The translations under genes and the position numbers were made by a program. DNA of 64,000 nt, from the NCBI GenBank assembly GCA_009914755.4, contig CP068257.2:40288001-40352000 (forward strand), given 5' to 3'. Shown in pieces: positions 34,871-51,689 of the stretch. The stretch's first letter is position 1, and each line of letters begins with the position of its first letter. The notes beneath the pieces are model-generated. The model saw only the letters and a list, made by a program, of their open reading frames with translations. It was not told where the DNA came from and did not search any database. Source of the stretch: the human T2T-CHM13v2.0 reference genome, Homo sapiens.

Positions 34871-36344
34871 ACTGCTCCTGGCCGCAGCCGCGGCTGGGCC
34901 GGGTGTGGACTCTGCACTTATCTATCGTTGGTCCTGTGGGATGACTCAAGCTGCTCCAAGTTCTGGAAGACCGCACTCTGTGTAGACTATGCAGAGAGGG
35001 TTTTGCAGATGAACCAGATATTTGCAAAGGTGATGACTTGGACACACCGAGGCCTTCAGGGTGGCAGGAGAAAGTCCAAGAAAAAGGCATCCAGTGGGCA
35101 GGGCAGCCAGTTTCATTGGGAGAGGGACCCACAGGGAGACTCCAGATGGAACACCAGTCAGGGGTTTGTCGGCGGAGAGGAGGTGGGGAGCTCAGGCCAG
35201 CCAGTCCTCGGCCTTATCCTTCCGATCAGAGATGGCATTACATAACAGACAGGCTGGGTTCCGGCGGCCTTGTCCCTGTCTTGGCTCAAATGCCAACCAC
35301 ATGTCCCTTGTCAAGGCTGAGTTAGAAAGATAGGAAGAGGCAACCTGACACCAAAGTGTGAGCTTTGAAAGGGAGGGGCGATGCCCTGGAATGAGAAGTT
35401 CCTGTTTCTTTTCTACCTCTTATTTGTCACAGGTCCTCAAGTTCTGTTACAGTTTTTTTTTTTCCTTCTCAAGAATTATGCCCAGCTGAGGGAACACGAG
35501 GCGGTGCAGACACGGAATTAGGTGTAAATTTGGAGACCATGGGGGTGTGTGGCTTAGATACCAGAGAAGAGGAACACCACTGTGAACCCGCTGCCCTACA
35601 CGGCAGTTCTAGGGCTGAACTCACCGAACAGTGTTAACAAAAAGAGGCCTTGGTGTCTTATCATTTTTATTTAACGCACGAACATTAAGCAGTGTCTCAC
35701 CCTGGACATTTTACAAGAGATTAAGCTGGCCGGATGCCTTTGCAAAAACAGTGCCCTAAAAATGTGTCATGTTTGGCCAAGATGCTCATCCAAGAATGGA
35801 AAAGGCCATGTACACAATCCAAGCACCCGAGGGTGTTCTACTCCCAACTGACCCTTCCCAGGAGCCCGGGCAGATCCCAACAGGACTTCCTCCTTGTGGG
35901 TATGCATAGGATCCAGGCTGGCAAGAGCGACCAGGCTCCTCCTCCCGCACTCACAGCCCCGTGAAAGGGGAGGGGAGGGGAGGGAACCCGTCTACCCAAC
36001 TGGTGGGCTCACCCCACCTCAAAGGACAGTGTGAGCCACAGCCACGACAAGGCAGTGGCAAGGGCTCCTTTCCTCATTTGGCCACAAAAACATAAAAGTC
36101 AAGAGCTACGTGGAAAATTGTTGCAAAACAAAACAAGAGTCCGTGTGTGTGTGCTTTTCCTCCGGCAGGAAAAAGCTTCCGAGAACACTGTTAACAGCAG
36201 CCTCATCCCAGCAGGCGGCAGCAGGAGATAGATGGTTAAAAAAAAAAAAGTTTGGACATTTTTATTTTTAACTTTTTAATGACCATGAACTATTTCTGTA
36301 ATTATATCAAAACAAATACAATTTAATCATCCACTTTCACCAGG

Positions 36345-36640
36345 TGAGGTGGCTCACACCTATAATCTCAGCACTTTGGGAGGCAGAAGACGATGGATTA
36401 CTTGAGCCCAGGAGTTCAAGACCAACCTGGGCTACAAAGTGAGACCCCATTTCTACAGAAAAAATAAAAAAACTAGCCGGGCATGATGCTGCATGTCCGT
36501 AGTCCCAGCTACCGGGGAGGCTGAGGCAGGAGGACTGTTGAGCCCAGGAGGTGGAGGCTGCAGTGAGCAGTGTCTGTGCCAGTACACTCCAGCCTAGGCG
36601 ACAGAGTGAAACCCTGTCTCAAAAAATAAAAAACAGTCCA
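36345..36640 (+). mobile_element. Alu SINE; antisense relative to C2CD2.
   Basis: ggtgaggtggctcacacctataatctcagcactttgggaggcagaagacgatggattacttgagcccaggagttcaagaccaacctgggctac... Confidence 0.9.
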
Positions 36641-36849
36641 CTTCCTAAGGCTGCTTTTCTGACACTATGTATCAAGATCCTGAAACATGTGCTAGTCCAC
36701 TTCCTAAGGTTGCTTTTCTGACAATATGTATCAACATCCTTCAAAATGCACGTACTCTTTCTCAAGTACCTCTACTCTTCTACTTCTAGGAACAGTGAGG
36801 AAATAAACACATGAGCAAAAATAACAACAGAGGTAGGAGAAAATATTGA

Positions 36850-37385
<536 letters not shown>

Positions 37386-37786
37386 TGACTCTTATGTGTT
37401 CATTCATTAGAATTTTAGGGGAATTTTAGTAACATGGGGGAAAGAATATAAATGGAATATAGTGTAAATTGTAGCAAAAAATAAATGCAGAAGCAAAAGA
37501 CTGGCAATGCACACCAACACATGAACAGAGCTAATCACCAGTTCACGCAACTACTGTGTGTTTTTATTAAATATTCTTCTGTGTCTTTCAAGTTTTCATC
37601 AATGAACTCGTATTGATTTTATGATAATAGCGGAATTCCTATGTTTGAGACAGAATGGAACCATGGCAGCCTGAGGTCTGAACTTGCCAGAGTGTGGGAG
37701 TATCTGCAAACTGCAGCATGCCCGTCTGTGCTTGCTGAAGCCTGACCCCCACAGCCAGAAAAGTTCTGACACTGAGGGCCGGGCGC

Positions 37787-38045
<259 letters not shown>

Positions 38046-38259
38046 TCCTGACACCTTGAATGGTGCTGGGAAAACTGGCTATCCACGTGCAGAAGAATGA
38101 AATTAGACCCTTATCTCACACATATATAAAAATCAACTCAAAATGCATGAAAAACTTAAATGTGAGACCAGAAACTATAAAACTACTAGAAAAAAAACAT
38201 AGAAGGAAAGCTTTAAGACACTGGATTGGGCAATGATTTTTTTTTTGGTATGATCCCCA

Positions 38260-38805
38260 AAACACAGGCAACAAAAACAAAAACAGACAAATGGGACTGC
38301 ATCAAAACTAAAAACTCTGCACATCCAAGGAACCATCAACGGAGTGAAGAGACAACCTATGGAATGGAATCACATATTTACAAGCCATTTATCTGATAAG
38401 CGGTTAATATCCAAAATAAATAAACAACTCAAGTAACTCAACAGCAGGAAAACAAATAACCCAATTAAAAAATGGGCAAAGGATCTGAATAGATGTTTCT
38501 CCTTTAGATGGCCAACAGGTCTATGAAAAAGGGCTCAACATCACTAATCATTAGGGAAATGCAAATCAAAGCCACAAGGAGATATCACGTCAAACCTGTG
38601 AGAATGGCTATTAGCAAAAATATGAGCAATAACAAGTGCTGGTAAGGATGTGGAGAAAAGGGAACCCTTGTATGCTGTTGGTGACAATGTAAATTATTCC
38701 GGCCATTACAGAAAACAATATGGAAGCTCCTTTAAAAATTAAACAGAGAACTACCATATGATCCAGCAGTCCCACTACTGGGTATACTGTTAACCCTTGA
38801 ACAAC
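38260..38805 (+). mobile_element. L1 LINE fragment: ORF2 C-terminal region of an older L1 (L1PB/L1M-like). Its continuation is at 39830 after a nested insertion.
   Basis: Translates to ...[102 protein letters not shown]. Confidence 0.85.
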
Positions 38806-38973
38806 GTGGGTTTCAACTGCACAGGTCCACTAATACATAGATTTTTTCCCACCTCTGCCACCCCTGCTACAGCATGACCAACCCCTCCTCTCCCTCCTCC
38901 TCAGCCTACTCAACGTGAAGACGATGAGGATGAAGACCTTTATGATGATCCACTTCCACTTAATGAATGGTAA

Positions 38974-39308
<335 letters not shown>

Positions 39309-39309
39309 T

Positions 39310-39598
39310 TTTTTTTTCTTTTTTTGAGACGGCATCTCACTCTGTTACCCAGGCTAGAGTGCAGTGGCTTGATCTCGGCTCACTGCAACCTCCGCCTCCC
39401 AGGTTCAAGCAATTCTCTGCCTCAGCCTCCTGAGTAGCTGGGATTACAGGCACCCATCACCACGCTCGGCTAATTTTTCTGTATTTTTAGTAGAGACAGG
39501 GTTTCACCAAGTTGGCCAGGCTGGTCTCGAACTCCTGACCTCGTGATCCACCTGCCTCAGCCTCCCAAAGTGCTGGGATTACAGGCATAAGCCACCTT
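39310..39598 (-). mobile_element. Alu SINE (tandem with the previous one).
   Basis: tttttttgagacggcatctcactctgttacccaggctagagtgcagtggcttgatctcggctcactgcaacctccgcctcccagg... Confidence 0.9.
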
Positions 39599-39829
39599 CA
39601 CAACATTTTTCTCTGGCTTACTTCATTGTAAGAATAGAGTATATAATACAGATAACATACAAAATATATGCCAATTGACTACATTATCAGTAAGACTTCT
39701 GGTCAACAGCACGCTATTAATAGTTAAGTTTCTGTGGAGTCAAAAGTTATATACGGATTTTTGATGGCACAAGGGGTCAGTGCCCCTAACCCTCATGCTG
39801 TTCAAGGGTCCATTATAGATCCAAAGGAA

Positions 39830-40410
39830 ATAAAATCAGTATGTTGAAAAGATACCCAGAGCATTATTCAAAACAGCCAAGAGATGGGATCAACCTAAGT
39901 GTCCATCAACAGAAGAATGGATAAAGAAAATGTGGCAGATATACACAATGGAATATTAGCCTTAAAAATGAAGAAAATCCTGTCATTTGCAACAACATGG
40001 ATAAACCTGGAGAACATTATGTTAAGGGAAATAAATCAAGCACAGAAAGACAAATTCCACGTGATCTCACTTACAAGTAGAATCTTAAAAAGTTAAACTC
40101 AAAGAAACCAAGAGCAGAATGGTGGTTACCAGACGCTGGGGAGTTGGGGACGTCGGGGAGGTATTGGTTAAAGGATACCAAATTTCATTTAGAAGGAACA
40201 CGTTCAAGAGACCTATTGCATACCGTGGTGACTAAAGTTAATAAAAATACATTATATACCTGAAAATTGCTAAAAGAGTAGATTTTAAATTTCTAACCAC
40301 ACAAAATGGTAAGTATGTGACATCATCTGTATGTTAGATTTAGCCATTCCACACGTGTATATATATATATATATAAACATCATGATGCATACCATAAATA
40401 TGTACAATTT
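39830..40410 (+). mobile_element. L1 LINE fragment: end of ORF2 and 3'UTR, same element as 38260-38805.
   Basis: Translates to ...SMSINRRMDKENVADIHNGILALKMKKILSFATTWINLENIMLREINQAQKDKFHVISLTSRILKS, followed by a 3'UTR ending in an AT-rich tail. Confidence 0.85.
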
Positions 40411-40811
40411 TCATCAATTAAAAAAAATAAATTTTAAAAACAAAATAAAGTCATTGACACCTGGCAAGGATTGACAAATCATAGCTCAGGTAAAGGAAGG
40501 GTAAACAAATTAAACAAAGCTTGTATGTGAAATAGTGAAACCTTAAGAAATCTCTATACCCTTCCATATTTTTAATTATTGTGGTAAAATACACATAAAA
40601 CTGACCATTTAAGCCATTTTTGAGTGCACAGTTCAGTGGCATTAAGTCCATTCACTTTGTTGTATCAACCATCATTACCATCCACCTCCAGAACCTGCAT
40701 CTTCCCAAACTGAAACTCTGTCCTCACTAAGCACTAACTCCCCGCTTTCCTCCCCCAAGCACCTGGCACGCACCATTCCACTTTCTGTCTCTCTGAATCA
40801 GGCTACTCTAG

Positions 40812-41230
<419 letters not shown>

Positions 41231-41239
41231 CTAGAATGT

Positions 41240-41420
41240 CCTCACTTTCTATGGCTGAATTCTATTCCACCGCGTGGACGAGCCACAGTTTATTGATCTA
41301 TTCGCCCATCAGTGGGCCCTTGGGTTCCTTCCACATTTCAGCAGTTATGAAAAATGTTGCTATGGTCATGGCCATACAAATACGATGCTGTTTTTCACTT
41401 CTAATTTACATGTACTATTT
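41240..41420 (-). mobile_element. Old L1 3'-region fragment (antisense).
   Basis: ggctgaattctattccaccgcgtggacgagccacagtttattgatctattcgcccatcagtgggcccttgggttccttccacatttcagcagttatgaaaaatgttgctatg. Confidence 0.6.
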
Positions 41421-42119
41421 CTGTCATGTCCATTTCTGAAATTGTATTTATTAAAAGGATTACAATTGAATTACCTACCGTGTAAGGCCACTTTTCTGGC
41501 AATATGAAGTTTTTTTAAAGATGGAGTCTTGCTATTTCCACAGCCCCGCTTCCTCCACTCCCTGTCCAGACCAGCCCTGAACATTCCACTCCTCTCTGAA
41601 CTGGGAAAGTATCAAAAACACCATACAGAAACCACCCAGCCACAAAGGGATGAAGTCTCTATTTGCCACAAATAGAGAGGGTGCTCACCGCCTGGGAAGG
41701 CACTTCCAAAGCAGCGGGCTCCAGGAGGGCAGGCCCACGGCTCTCTGCACCTCAGCTCCCAAGAGTATAAAATGGGCACTGGAGCACCTGCCGCAGGGCC
41801 CTCCCAGCTCTCCAGGCTGTGCCAGTCTCAGCATCCCGCACCGCTGCCATGGGCTTCCTCCTGCAACCCCAGTACTTTCCAGTGACTTCCTCACACTACT
41901 TACAAGGATTATCTAACAGCGTGGCTCCAGGACTGACGAGGGTATGCAGGAAGGAGAGCTCTCCTATGCTGCTGGGGCAGAGAAAACCGGGAACAGCACT
42001 TTGGTGACTGACTCAGGAATACTTGGTCAAGCTGAAGTATGCACACCAGTGACCCGCCAGGCTCATGCCTGCCCTTGGGGTCCTCCGGTGCTTGTCTGAG
42101 GAGTCGGGAGGCGGTGAAC

Positions 42120-42330
42120 AGACACAATCGCTGCAGCACTGTCTGTGCGGACTGAGCATCCCGAATCCGAACATCCCAAATCTGAAACGCTCCAAAATCT
42201 GAAACTTTTTGAGGGCCAATGTGATGCTCGAAGGAAATGCTCACTGGAGTATTTTGGATTCGAGATGCTTGACTAGTAAAAAAATAATACAAATATTCAA
42301 AAATCCAAAAAAAGATCTGATACCCGAAAC
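42120..42330. mobile_element. Unclassified interspersed repeat.
   Basis: ...gagcatcccgaatccgaacatcccaaatctgaaacgctccaaaatctgaaactttttgagggccaatgtgatgctcgaaggaaatgctcactggagtattttggattcgagatgcttgac.... I recognise the family but cannot name it. Confidence 0.4.
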
Positions 42331-43177
42331 ACTCCTGGCCCCAAGAATTTCAGGTAAGGGATACTCAACCTGTACTTTCAAAAAAGAGAAAATAATTTCA
42401 TTATCCAGCAACAGGAGATGGGTAAGTGAGCTCGGGTTCATCTGGAATCCTGAATTATAGTTGAAGCAAAATGAACTACAAAGAAAAGAACTACAAAAAC
42501 CAACCTGGAGAAGTCTCAAAATTACGGTGATCTACATAGAGAAAGCTTGTTGCAAAAGTGTACATAAAAAATGGTAAAAATGTTAAACACACAAATACCC
42601 CAGCTGTCACAGGGATACGTAAGAGGTGGGGTGAAGGGGCTGGCAGCACTCTCCTCAGTCTGGGGCCACACAGGCGTCCCCTCCTTGCTGCCTGCTAAAT
42701 GGTACCCACATACCTAACTTGATAATAAAATGCAGACGGAGCCATAAACATCATACAGCAACACAGGTAACATATAAACACAGGTTGAAAATGAAGGAAG
42801 AGCAGCCCAACTTTACAAGAACAGTCATCACTGTAGGTAGGAAGAGGAGGAATGGAGGATGGAACTTCATTATAGATGATGCTTTCCAAAATAGATTCTT
42901 TATATACACATATGGGAAATGTACATGTGAGTTATGGGGAAGGCGGGAAGCACTGCTTCCTTCTTTTCCCTCCTAAAGTGAGACCATACCATCATGTCTA
43001 ACTGCAACTCTAGACTGTAAGTTACAAATCAGTGCATTCAGCAGCCAACAAGAATATACTGTATTTCTCCATGTGGAGCTGGCCTTTGGATTTGCTAGTT
43101 ATGCTGAACATAACTGGCAAATAAACCATTTTTATTAATGGGGAAAATTCAGAGCCCAAGAGTAAGAAATATATAAT

Positions 43178-43212
43178 GATAATAATAATAATAATAATAA
43201 CAACAGCAACAA
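43178..43212. repeat. (ATA)n/(TAA)n microsatellite.
   Basis: ataataataataataataataataacaacagcaacaataata. Confidence 0.85.
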
Positions 43213-43261
43213 TAATATAATAAGTACAAGGGTAAGATTTGTATTGAAGAGAAAATTTCAG

Positions 43262-43575
43262 CTGGTCATGGAGAGTCACATCTATAATCCCAGCACTTTG
43301 GGAGGCTGAGGTGGGAGGATCACTTGAAACTAAGAGGAGGTCAAAACCAGCTTAGGCAACATAGCAAGACCCCATCTCTGCAAAAAAAAGAAATTAAAAA
43401 ATTAGCCAGGCACGGTGACACGTGCCTGTAGTCCCAGCTACTCAGGAGGCTAAGGCAGGAGGATCATTTGGGCCCAGAAGTTTGAGGGTACAGTAAGCTG
43501 ATGCCCCTGCACTCCAGCCTGGGCAACAGAGCGAGATCCCATCCCTAAAACAATACAAAACAAAGCCAAAAAAGA
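43262..43575 (+). mobile_element. Alu SINE; antisense relative to C2CD2.
   Basis: gctggtcatggagagtcacatctataatcccagcactttgggaggctgaggtgggaggatcacttgaaactaagaggaggtcaaaaccagcttaggcaac... Confidence 0.9.
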
Positions 43576-43959
43576 GAGAGAGAAAATGTCTTAGGACTTA
43601 TTACAGAAGCTTTTATGCTTTATGCTATCTGACCAGTCTAGTAAGTGGAGCACATAAACTGTTAGCAACAGGAAAATGAATTCTACATAACATCTACATA
43701 GTTCATATACACATAAATATATGTACATAAATCTAGATATATCATAAATATATAAAGTCTACAACATGATGTGCATATTTGAGCAACAGATATCAGATGT
43801 CCTGAGATACAATTCACCTGTTGAAGCTATACAAATCAATGGTTTTAAATATATTCGCAGAGTTCTACAACTATCACCACCATCAGTTCTAGAACATTTC
43901 ATCACCCCAACATGAAACCTTCAACCCATCAGCAGTTACTCTCCATTTTCCCCCAAGAG

Positions 43960-44492
<533 letters not shown>

Positions 44493-45209
44493 TTACATAT
44501 CTGTTTAAAGTTCTGAAAAATTAAGAAAATGTACTAACACATCTTTCTGTGAACTCTGTGCTTCTAATAGCAGCAATGGCTAAATATCAGGAGCTCTGCA
44601 CATCCAAGGAGCAGCTGGTGATGGATTGTGCTCAGTGGGCAGGATTCAGTTATGGGAGAAGGCTGGGAAAGGACAGGAACCCGGGAGTAAACCTGAAGAT
44701 GCTGCAGGAAGGCAGCGAAGGGTGTTTTGAATCTTCCTGCTGACAGCATAAGGAAAGAAACAGACTCTTGGGGCAGGGCTGCTTCGTGCAAATCAGAGGA
44801 TCTGTGGGTCTAGCGGCGCACCTCGCCCAGCACAGAGGGCTCCAGGCTGTGTCCTCCCTGTTGCTAGGGACAGTCCTCTATTCTGGTCTAGGAGAGGCAC
44901 CTCTCCTGTTGCGTGTGGTTGCTGTGGTACGATTACTTAGGGTGCCCCCCATTCTCCTCTCCTACCCCCCAGGGGCTGGCCTCTCCCTGGGATCTGAGAG
45001 GGTGGCCAAGATTCCTTGGCTGGAAATGAACCCGCCTGGTGGCTGCCCACAGAGTAGACTCCTCAACCCCTACTTCACAGCCCTCTGGAGCCACCTGGCC
45101 CCAAGGTTCACCTGTGCCCGTGGCTCTGCATGTTCCCCCAGCATCCTTCCAGGAAACTCGGTCAGCTCATGTCTGTTCTGGTTCTTCCAGTTAAAAATCT
45201 CCAAGCAAA

Positions 45210-45500
45210 GCCAGGCATGGTGGCTCACACCGGTAATCCCAGTACTTTGGGAGGCCAAGGTGGAAGGATTGCTCAAGGCCAGCAGTTCGAGACCAGCCTG
45301 GCCAACACGGTGAAACCCTGCCTCTACCAAAAATACAAATATTAGCTGGGTGTGGTGGCACACGTGTAATCCCAGCTACTCAGGAAGCTGAGGCATGACA
45401 ATCACTTGCACCCAGGAGGTGGAGGTTGTATTCAGCTGAGATCACACTCCAGCCTGGGCGACAGAGTAAGGCCCTGTCTCAAAAAGAAAAAAAAAATTCT
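45210..45500 (+). mobile_element. Alu SINE (intron 1); antisense relative to C2CD2.
   Basis: agccaggcatggtggctcacaccggtaatcccagtactttgggaggccaaggtggaaggattgctcaaggccagcagttcgagaccagcctggccaacacggtgaaac... Confidence 0.9.
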
Positions 45501-46421
45501 CCAAACGAGAGACGCACAATTAAATGAACAGGACCACAAGGCAACAAGGCCAACGTTTTATGACGAAGAACCCAGGGCTTATGTGACCAACCAAGTCTTG
45601 TCCAAGTCTTGTCTAGCTCTCGAGAGGCCAAACGTGTACATCAACAACACAATCCCAGATCGAAACTCTCCTAGAACTCTGTTCCTGACATGCTGTAGAA
45701 AGCACACCGTGTTTCAATGAGCTCCGACTGGGTGGTTAAAAAACACACAGCCCCACAAGCTCCCATCGTATCTCATCTCCACCGTGGTGAGCTAGGTCCA
45801 GCTACAAGGCGTGACCGAGGGTGGGAGAGGGGAAGCGGTGTAAAACCTTGCCGTGGCGATTCCAGCAAGCATGGTGCAAGTGAGCAAGCGATGAGGTTAC
45901 GCTGTGGCTATTTCTCAAGAATGCCCAATGACCCGCGTAAACCTAAAGGGGACAGAACATTTTGATTTATAGGCTTCTAACCTCACCCTTTTCTTACACT
46001 GTCTATCTCATCCCCCAAAAATCAGCAGAGAATTAAATGTACTGCTCGAGAGGGCTGAAATCACAGTTTCAGGGCTGCTCTGCTGGCATTCTCTGTGGTG
46101 GGAGCTTGTTTGAGTGGGACCTGCTGGCCAGGGCCACGCTCTGAGCTTGGTGATGAGACGGTTCTGTGCACCAGGCTCTCTGGCCTGAGAGAACAGAACC
46201 CAGCACAGAGGCCAGTGCCAGGCAGAGAACCATGAGCAGGCAACATGCCAGCCGCTCGGAGGATGCAGCGGAGAAACAATGTACCTTCTGTAGGAGCCTA
46301 AAGATACGCTGTTGCCTTATACCAGCCTGGGTGCAGACTCATGCTCCCCTGAGGCGGCAGATGCAGTGTTTACCCTCTTCCCTTGCTACCTTCTGAATTC
46401 AAACCTTGAAAAGAGTTTGCA

Positions 46422-46797
<376 letters not shown>

Positions 46798-47769
46798 TTA
46801 TTAAGAGAGATTGCTTTTCCTTTTCTGATCTGCCTAGTCCTTGAGTTTCAGGAGCAGGGTGTGCCTGCCTGCCACACACAACCACAAATTCAGGTATTTC
46901 TGCATCTCTGCTGCTGTGTCAATGCTGACAGAACCCTCATTCCAGACCCCACTCCACTTAGACTAAAGGAAGACTTTGTGTCCACATAGAAAAAGAAACA
47001 CACAAGAATTGCCAGGAAAACACTGAAAAAGGAAGACAAGGGTGACTAGCTCCACCAGATATTAAAACAGACTATAGAAACCCCGTAATTAAAACTGTGT
47101 GGCTCTGGTGCACCAACAAACACATGCACTACGAATGAACAATATAACCACACTGAAGGGGATGGGAAAAACACGGATATAACCTAAGAAGCTTGGAAAA
47201 CTGCATCTTGACTGCATATAAATGCTATAATCCAGTAAATGTGTTTCATAGGTTGGGAACTCAGAAACTACTTCATGCATATACTAGAACTGAACACATA
47301 AGTAGTAAGTAAATAAGACAGCAGGTGTGCAATGTCTTACTCTTGGAGAAGGGAGTTAAGAATAAGAAAGTGAAAAAACTAAAATGAACTCTGTACCGTT
47401 GGACTAGAACCCAAGGTACAGGATACAATCACGGTTTTTCAGATAAACACAGAGAGAAATACACAGAAATATAGACATGCGCACACACGTTGGTATACAC
47501 ACGTATGTTTGCTATTGCTGAACACTGAAGAGGAGCAATGAGAACCAAGAGGTAATGAACACACTTAATGCCTAGGTCTTGGTTTCTAAACACTTCTCCA
47601 ATAAAAGGAATCAGGGCTGCTTGAAGAAGTGGCTGAATCCAGGGCCTGTGGGGAGCCAAAAACAAATATTTTGTGGAAACATGAAGTAAGGAAATGAAAA
47701 AAAAAAAAAGTGGGCTTGATGGAAGAACACAAGAGGCTACTCTCAAAGGAGCACCCTGATGGTCCAAAG

Positions 47770-48120
47770 GAGAACAACCTAAGCAACTGATTCGGTTTGG
47801 CTCTGTTTGTAACCACCATGTGTCAAGAGAGGGACCTGTAATCCTCACCTGCAGAGGGAGGGAGGTAACTGGATCATGGGGCAGTCTCTCCCATACTGTT
47901 CTCATATAGTGAGTTCTCACAAGATCTGATGCTTTTCTAAGTGTTTGGAAGTTCCTCCTTCCTTCTTCCCTCTCCTGCCGCCTTATGAAGAAGGTGACGG
48001 CTTTCCCTACCATCATGATTGTAAGTTTCCTGAGGCTTCCCCAGCCATGTGGAACTGTGAGTCATTAAATGTCTTTCCTTTATCAATTACCCACTCTCAG
48101 GGAAGTCCTTTAGAGCAGTG
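47770..48120 (+). mobile_element. MaLR LTR (THE1/MST-like).
   Basis: ...ccatcatgattgtaagtttcctgaggcttccccagccatgtggaactgtgagtcattaaatgtctttcctttatcaattacccactctcagg. Confidence 0.8.
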
Positions 48121-48469
48121 TGAAAACAGACTGATACAACAATATAATAAATAGTGATAGTATGGGATTATAACCCACAGAATAAAATCCATATCCATGA
48201 GTCCATATTGAGCTAAACAATCAGATAAATATCTCATTGGAGGAGAAATGACAGTTCTGTCTTGCGGGAGAGTTCCAAATAATAAAGACAGTAAGGAAGA
48301 GGAAACAGAAAGTCACCATCAAGAGAACTGCACCTGCGCCATCACTGCACACAAGATACACCAATGGTTGCGAAATCAGTGAGGAAGAGTTTAAGGAGCA
48401 ACGGGCTCTGTACAGGCTCAAAGCATCTCCCCACACTACCTGTTAACTACAGCAGGAAAGATAAAGGAG

Positions 48470-48875
48470 GTGACATGATGTGGATCTGTGTCCCTGCCCA
48501 AATCTCATGTCGAATTTTAATCTCCAGTGTTACCAGATGGGCCCGGTGGGAGGTGACTGGATCACGGTGCGGGGAGTTCTCATGAATGGCCTAGCACCAT
48601 CTCCCCTTGGTGCTGTACAGTGAGTGAGTTCTCATGAGATCTGGTTGTTTAAAAGTGTGTAGCACCTCCCGCCTCTTTCTCCCCCTCCTGCTCTGGGTCA
48701 TAGAAGATGACCTTCACCTTCCACCAGGATTGTAAGTTTCCTGAGGCCTCCGCAGAAGCAGAACCTGCTATACTTCCTGGACAGCAGAACCATCAGCCAA
48801 TTAAACCTCATTTCTTATAAACCACCAGTCTTTCTGGCATTTCTTTCTGGCAATGCAAGAAGGGACTAATACAGG
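48470..48875 (+). mobile_element. MaLR LTR (MST/MLT-like).
   Basis: tgtgtccctgcccaaatctcatgtcgaattttaatctccagtgttaccagatgggcccggtgggaggtgactggatcacggtg...aattaaacctcatttcttataaaccaccagtctttctggcatttctttctggcaatgcaagaagggactaatac. Confidence 0.8.
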
Positions 48876-49267
48876 AGGAGACATAAAATACAAGAGGATG
48901 ACCCCAGCAGAAGTCACCTTAACCAAGGCACCAAGCTCAGCATCCTCTACAACAAGACACGCTGACATCACAAGCCCCAGACACAGTGCACACCACTTCT
49001 GTGGTTTGTGTAATCTCGCTCCAACCATATGAAAATGCCAGGCAAATGGAAAGACAGTCAGCAAAATAATGATCAACAGTCTTTAGTTATCAAGGTCATA
49101 AAAAACAAAGAAAGACTGAGAAACCCTGACAGACTGCAGGTGATGAAGAAGGAACAACTCAACGCCACAGGTACCCTTAATGGGACCCTAGAACAATACA
49201 AGGAGACAGGTGGAAAACTGGTGAAATTCAAAGAAGGCCTTCGCTTTTGTTGTTAGGCATTGTGACA

Positions 49268-49727
<460 letters not shown>

Positions 49728-51092
49728 TAGTAACATGCCACCAATGTTAATTTCTTGGTTCTGATCATTGAGCTGTGGTTATGCAAGGTTGAGTGAGGAA
49801 TATATGAAAGTTGAATTATTTTTTCAACTTTTCTGTGAAAGCAGTTCAAAATAAAAAGTTTAAAAAATAAGACTTTAAAGAGAGCAGCCCACCTTTATTG
49901 TCTCACTATGTCCCAGGCATTTTGCTAAATGTCTCACACAGATCTGATCTCACCTCTAGGAGAGTGGATTTTGTTTTCTGGATTGAATCCAGTTTTCCCT
50001 TCTGCAGATGATGCACAGAGACTCTCCCAGGATCGCACAGCTAGGAGGGTAGAGCTGGAGCACAAAGCAAACCCGCAACCAGCTCCAGAGCTTCCCCACG
50101 GGCCCTTCCACGGGCTGAAGAAGTGCCTTCCCTCCTCAGCAACCTACCAGGGGCCCGCGGGAGTGGAAGTTAGCGTTGGGGGAATTTTAGTTGATGTGAA
50201 CGCTACACCCACACTTTACTGAATCCCTGTCTTGTTGGGAGAATGGGTTAGTGCAAAGAACAAACTGAACTGGCGCCTATTCCTGGGTTTGGCATTGATG
50301 ACTTGCAAAGTCATCAGAGCCTCCTTTAATGTTGATGCTTTAGAAGTGAAAAACAAAGCACATTAAACAGCTTGTTTTGCCCAGGCCTGGCTGGCTCCCA
50401 AGACAGAAGGCCTGAGTCCAGATGGGGGAATGGGCATCACCACTGTTTCTCCTCCTCCAGAGGCCCATGATTCACCCCACTGAGACCAGGGCCTGCCCCG
50501 AGCCGGCTTTGTGCTGGGCACTGGGTCTGGCTCTGCCCAGACAGCCCCTGGCTCTGCCCCAGCTCACAATGCCGGGAGCTGACCAGGGCATAAGTGACTC
50601 CGGGGGGGTCGGGAGGAGGGCAGGGCGGGGAGCATCTTGGCTGAAGGGGAGGATCAGGGACCTCTGAGCTGAGACCCAAAAGATTTAGAGAAGTTAAATA
50701 AGCAGGAAAAAAGATAAGAATTCCAAACAAAAGGAATGACCCGTGGGAAGGCCCACACAGGAAAGGTCCCTGGACACTGGAGCAACAGAAGGGGTCACGG
50801 TGGAGGGTGCAGGGTTCACAGCCCCAAAGAGGCCCAAGTTCCTTCTACTGGAGGAGGGAAGGGCAGCTCCATGGTCCTTCCCCACAGTGGTCACCACAGT
50901 TCTACCAACTGGCTTCCTACACCACAGCCACTGTCATTGGTCAAGGAGTTTGGACTTCGTGAGCACAACTGGAAGGTCATTATATAATGCAAAGACTCTG
51001 AAGTCTGGTGGCCACTTTGTTTACTTTTTAAATGCAGAAACTCCTATTCAAGTCAGTGCTATTAATAATATGTTCCAAGTCCACACAGCATC

Positions 51093-51128
51093 TTTTTTTT
51101 TTTTTTTTTTTTTTTCTTTTTTTTTACA
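51093..51128. repeat. Poly(T) tract.
   Basis: About 35 T with one C. Confidence 0.9.
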
Positions 51129-51689
51129 AAGACCATAATGATCATAGTCTTGATCATTTGCAATTAGAACATTCCTCTAAAGAAACCCTGGGCTGAAGGA
51201 CTAAAGAAACAAACAGCGTTGGGGACCCTCCTAGTCCGGGGCCTCATCCCACTCAGGTGGGCCGCTACCAGACAAGCCCAGAGCACAGGCCACGGAACAC
51301 AGGCCTCGCTTCGGGACAGGTGCTGCCCACACATGGTCCAGACAGCATCAGCCTTGGGAGGAGTTCTGGGCAGCCCACGGGCAGCGGCCATCAGAGGCAA
51401 GCATGCTGGATCCCAGAGTCGAGGAGACTGTAGGACAGCAGTCCCGGAGACTCCCAAGGGGATGTTGGGGGTGTAACTGATTATCATGGACCACTTTGTA
51501 AATATTGATGTAATCGCAGGGGAGCAAAAGGAAAAGCTCAACTGCTGCTTTTGGATACCATAATATTAGTTCTCAGTCTAAGGAGCCTGACCTGAGACTG
51601 AGCCAGTTCTGGGATCTTCTGTTCTGTGTGACCAAAGAGTGATCACATCAATGGGAATTAGGGGTCTGCAACACCACACCAAGTGGAGA

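Noticed and set aside
44768-45313. 181-aa plus ORF in intron 1.
   Set aside because: It is low-complexity and runs into the Alu at 45210. No coding signal is present.
47429-48016. 195-aa minus ORF.
   Set aside because: It spans a MaLR LTR and flanking sequence. There is no homology or splice context.
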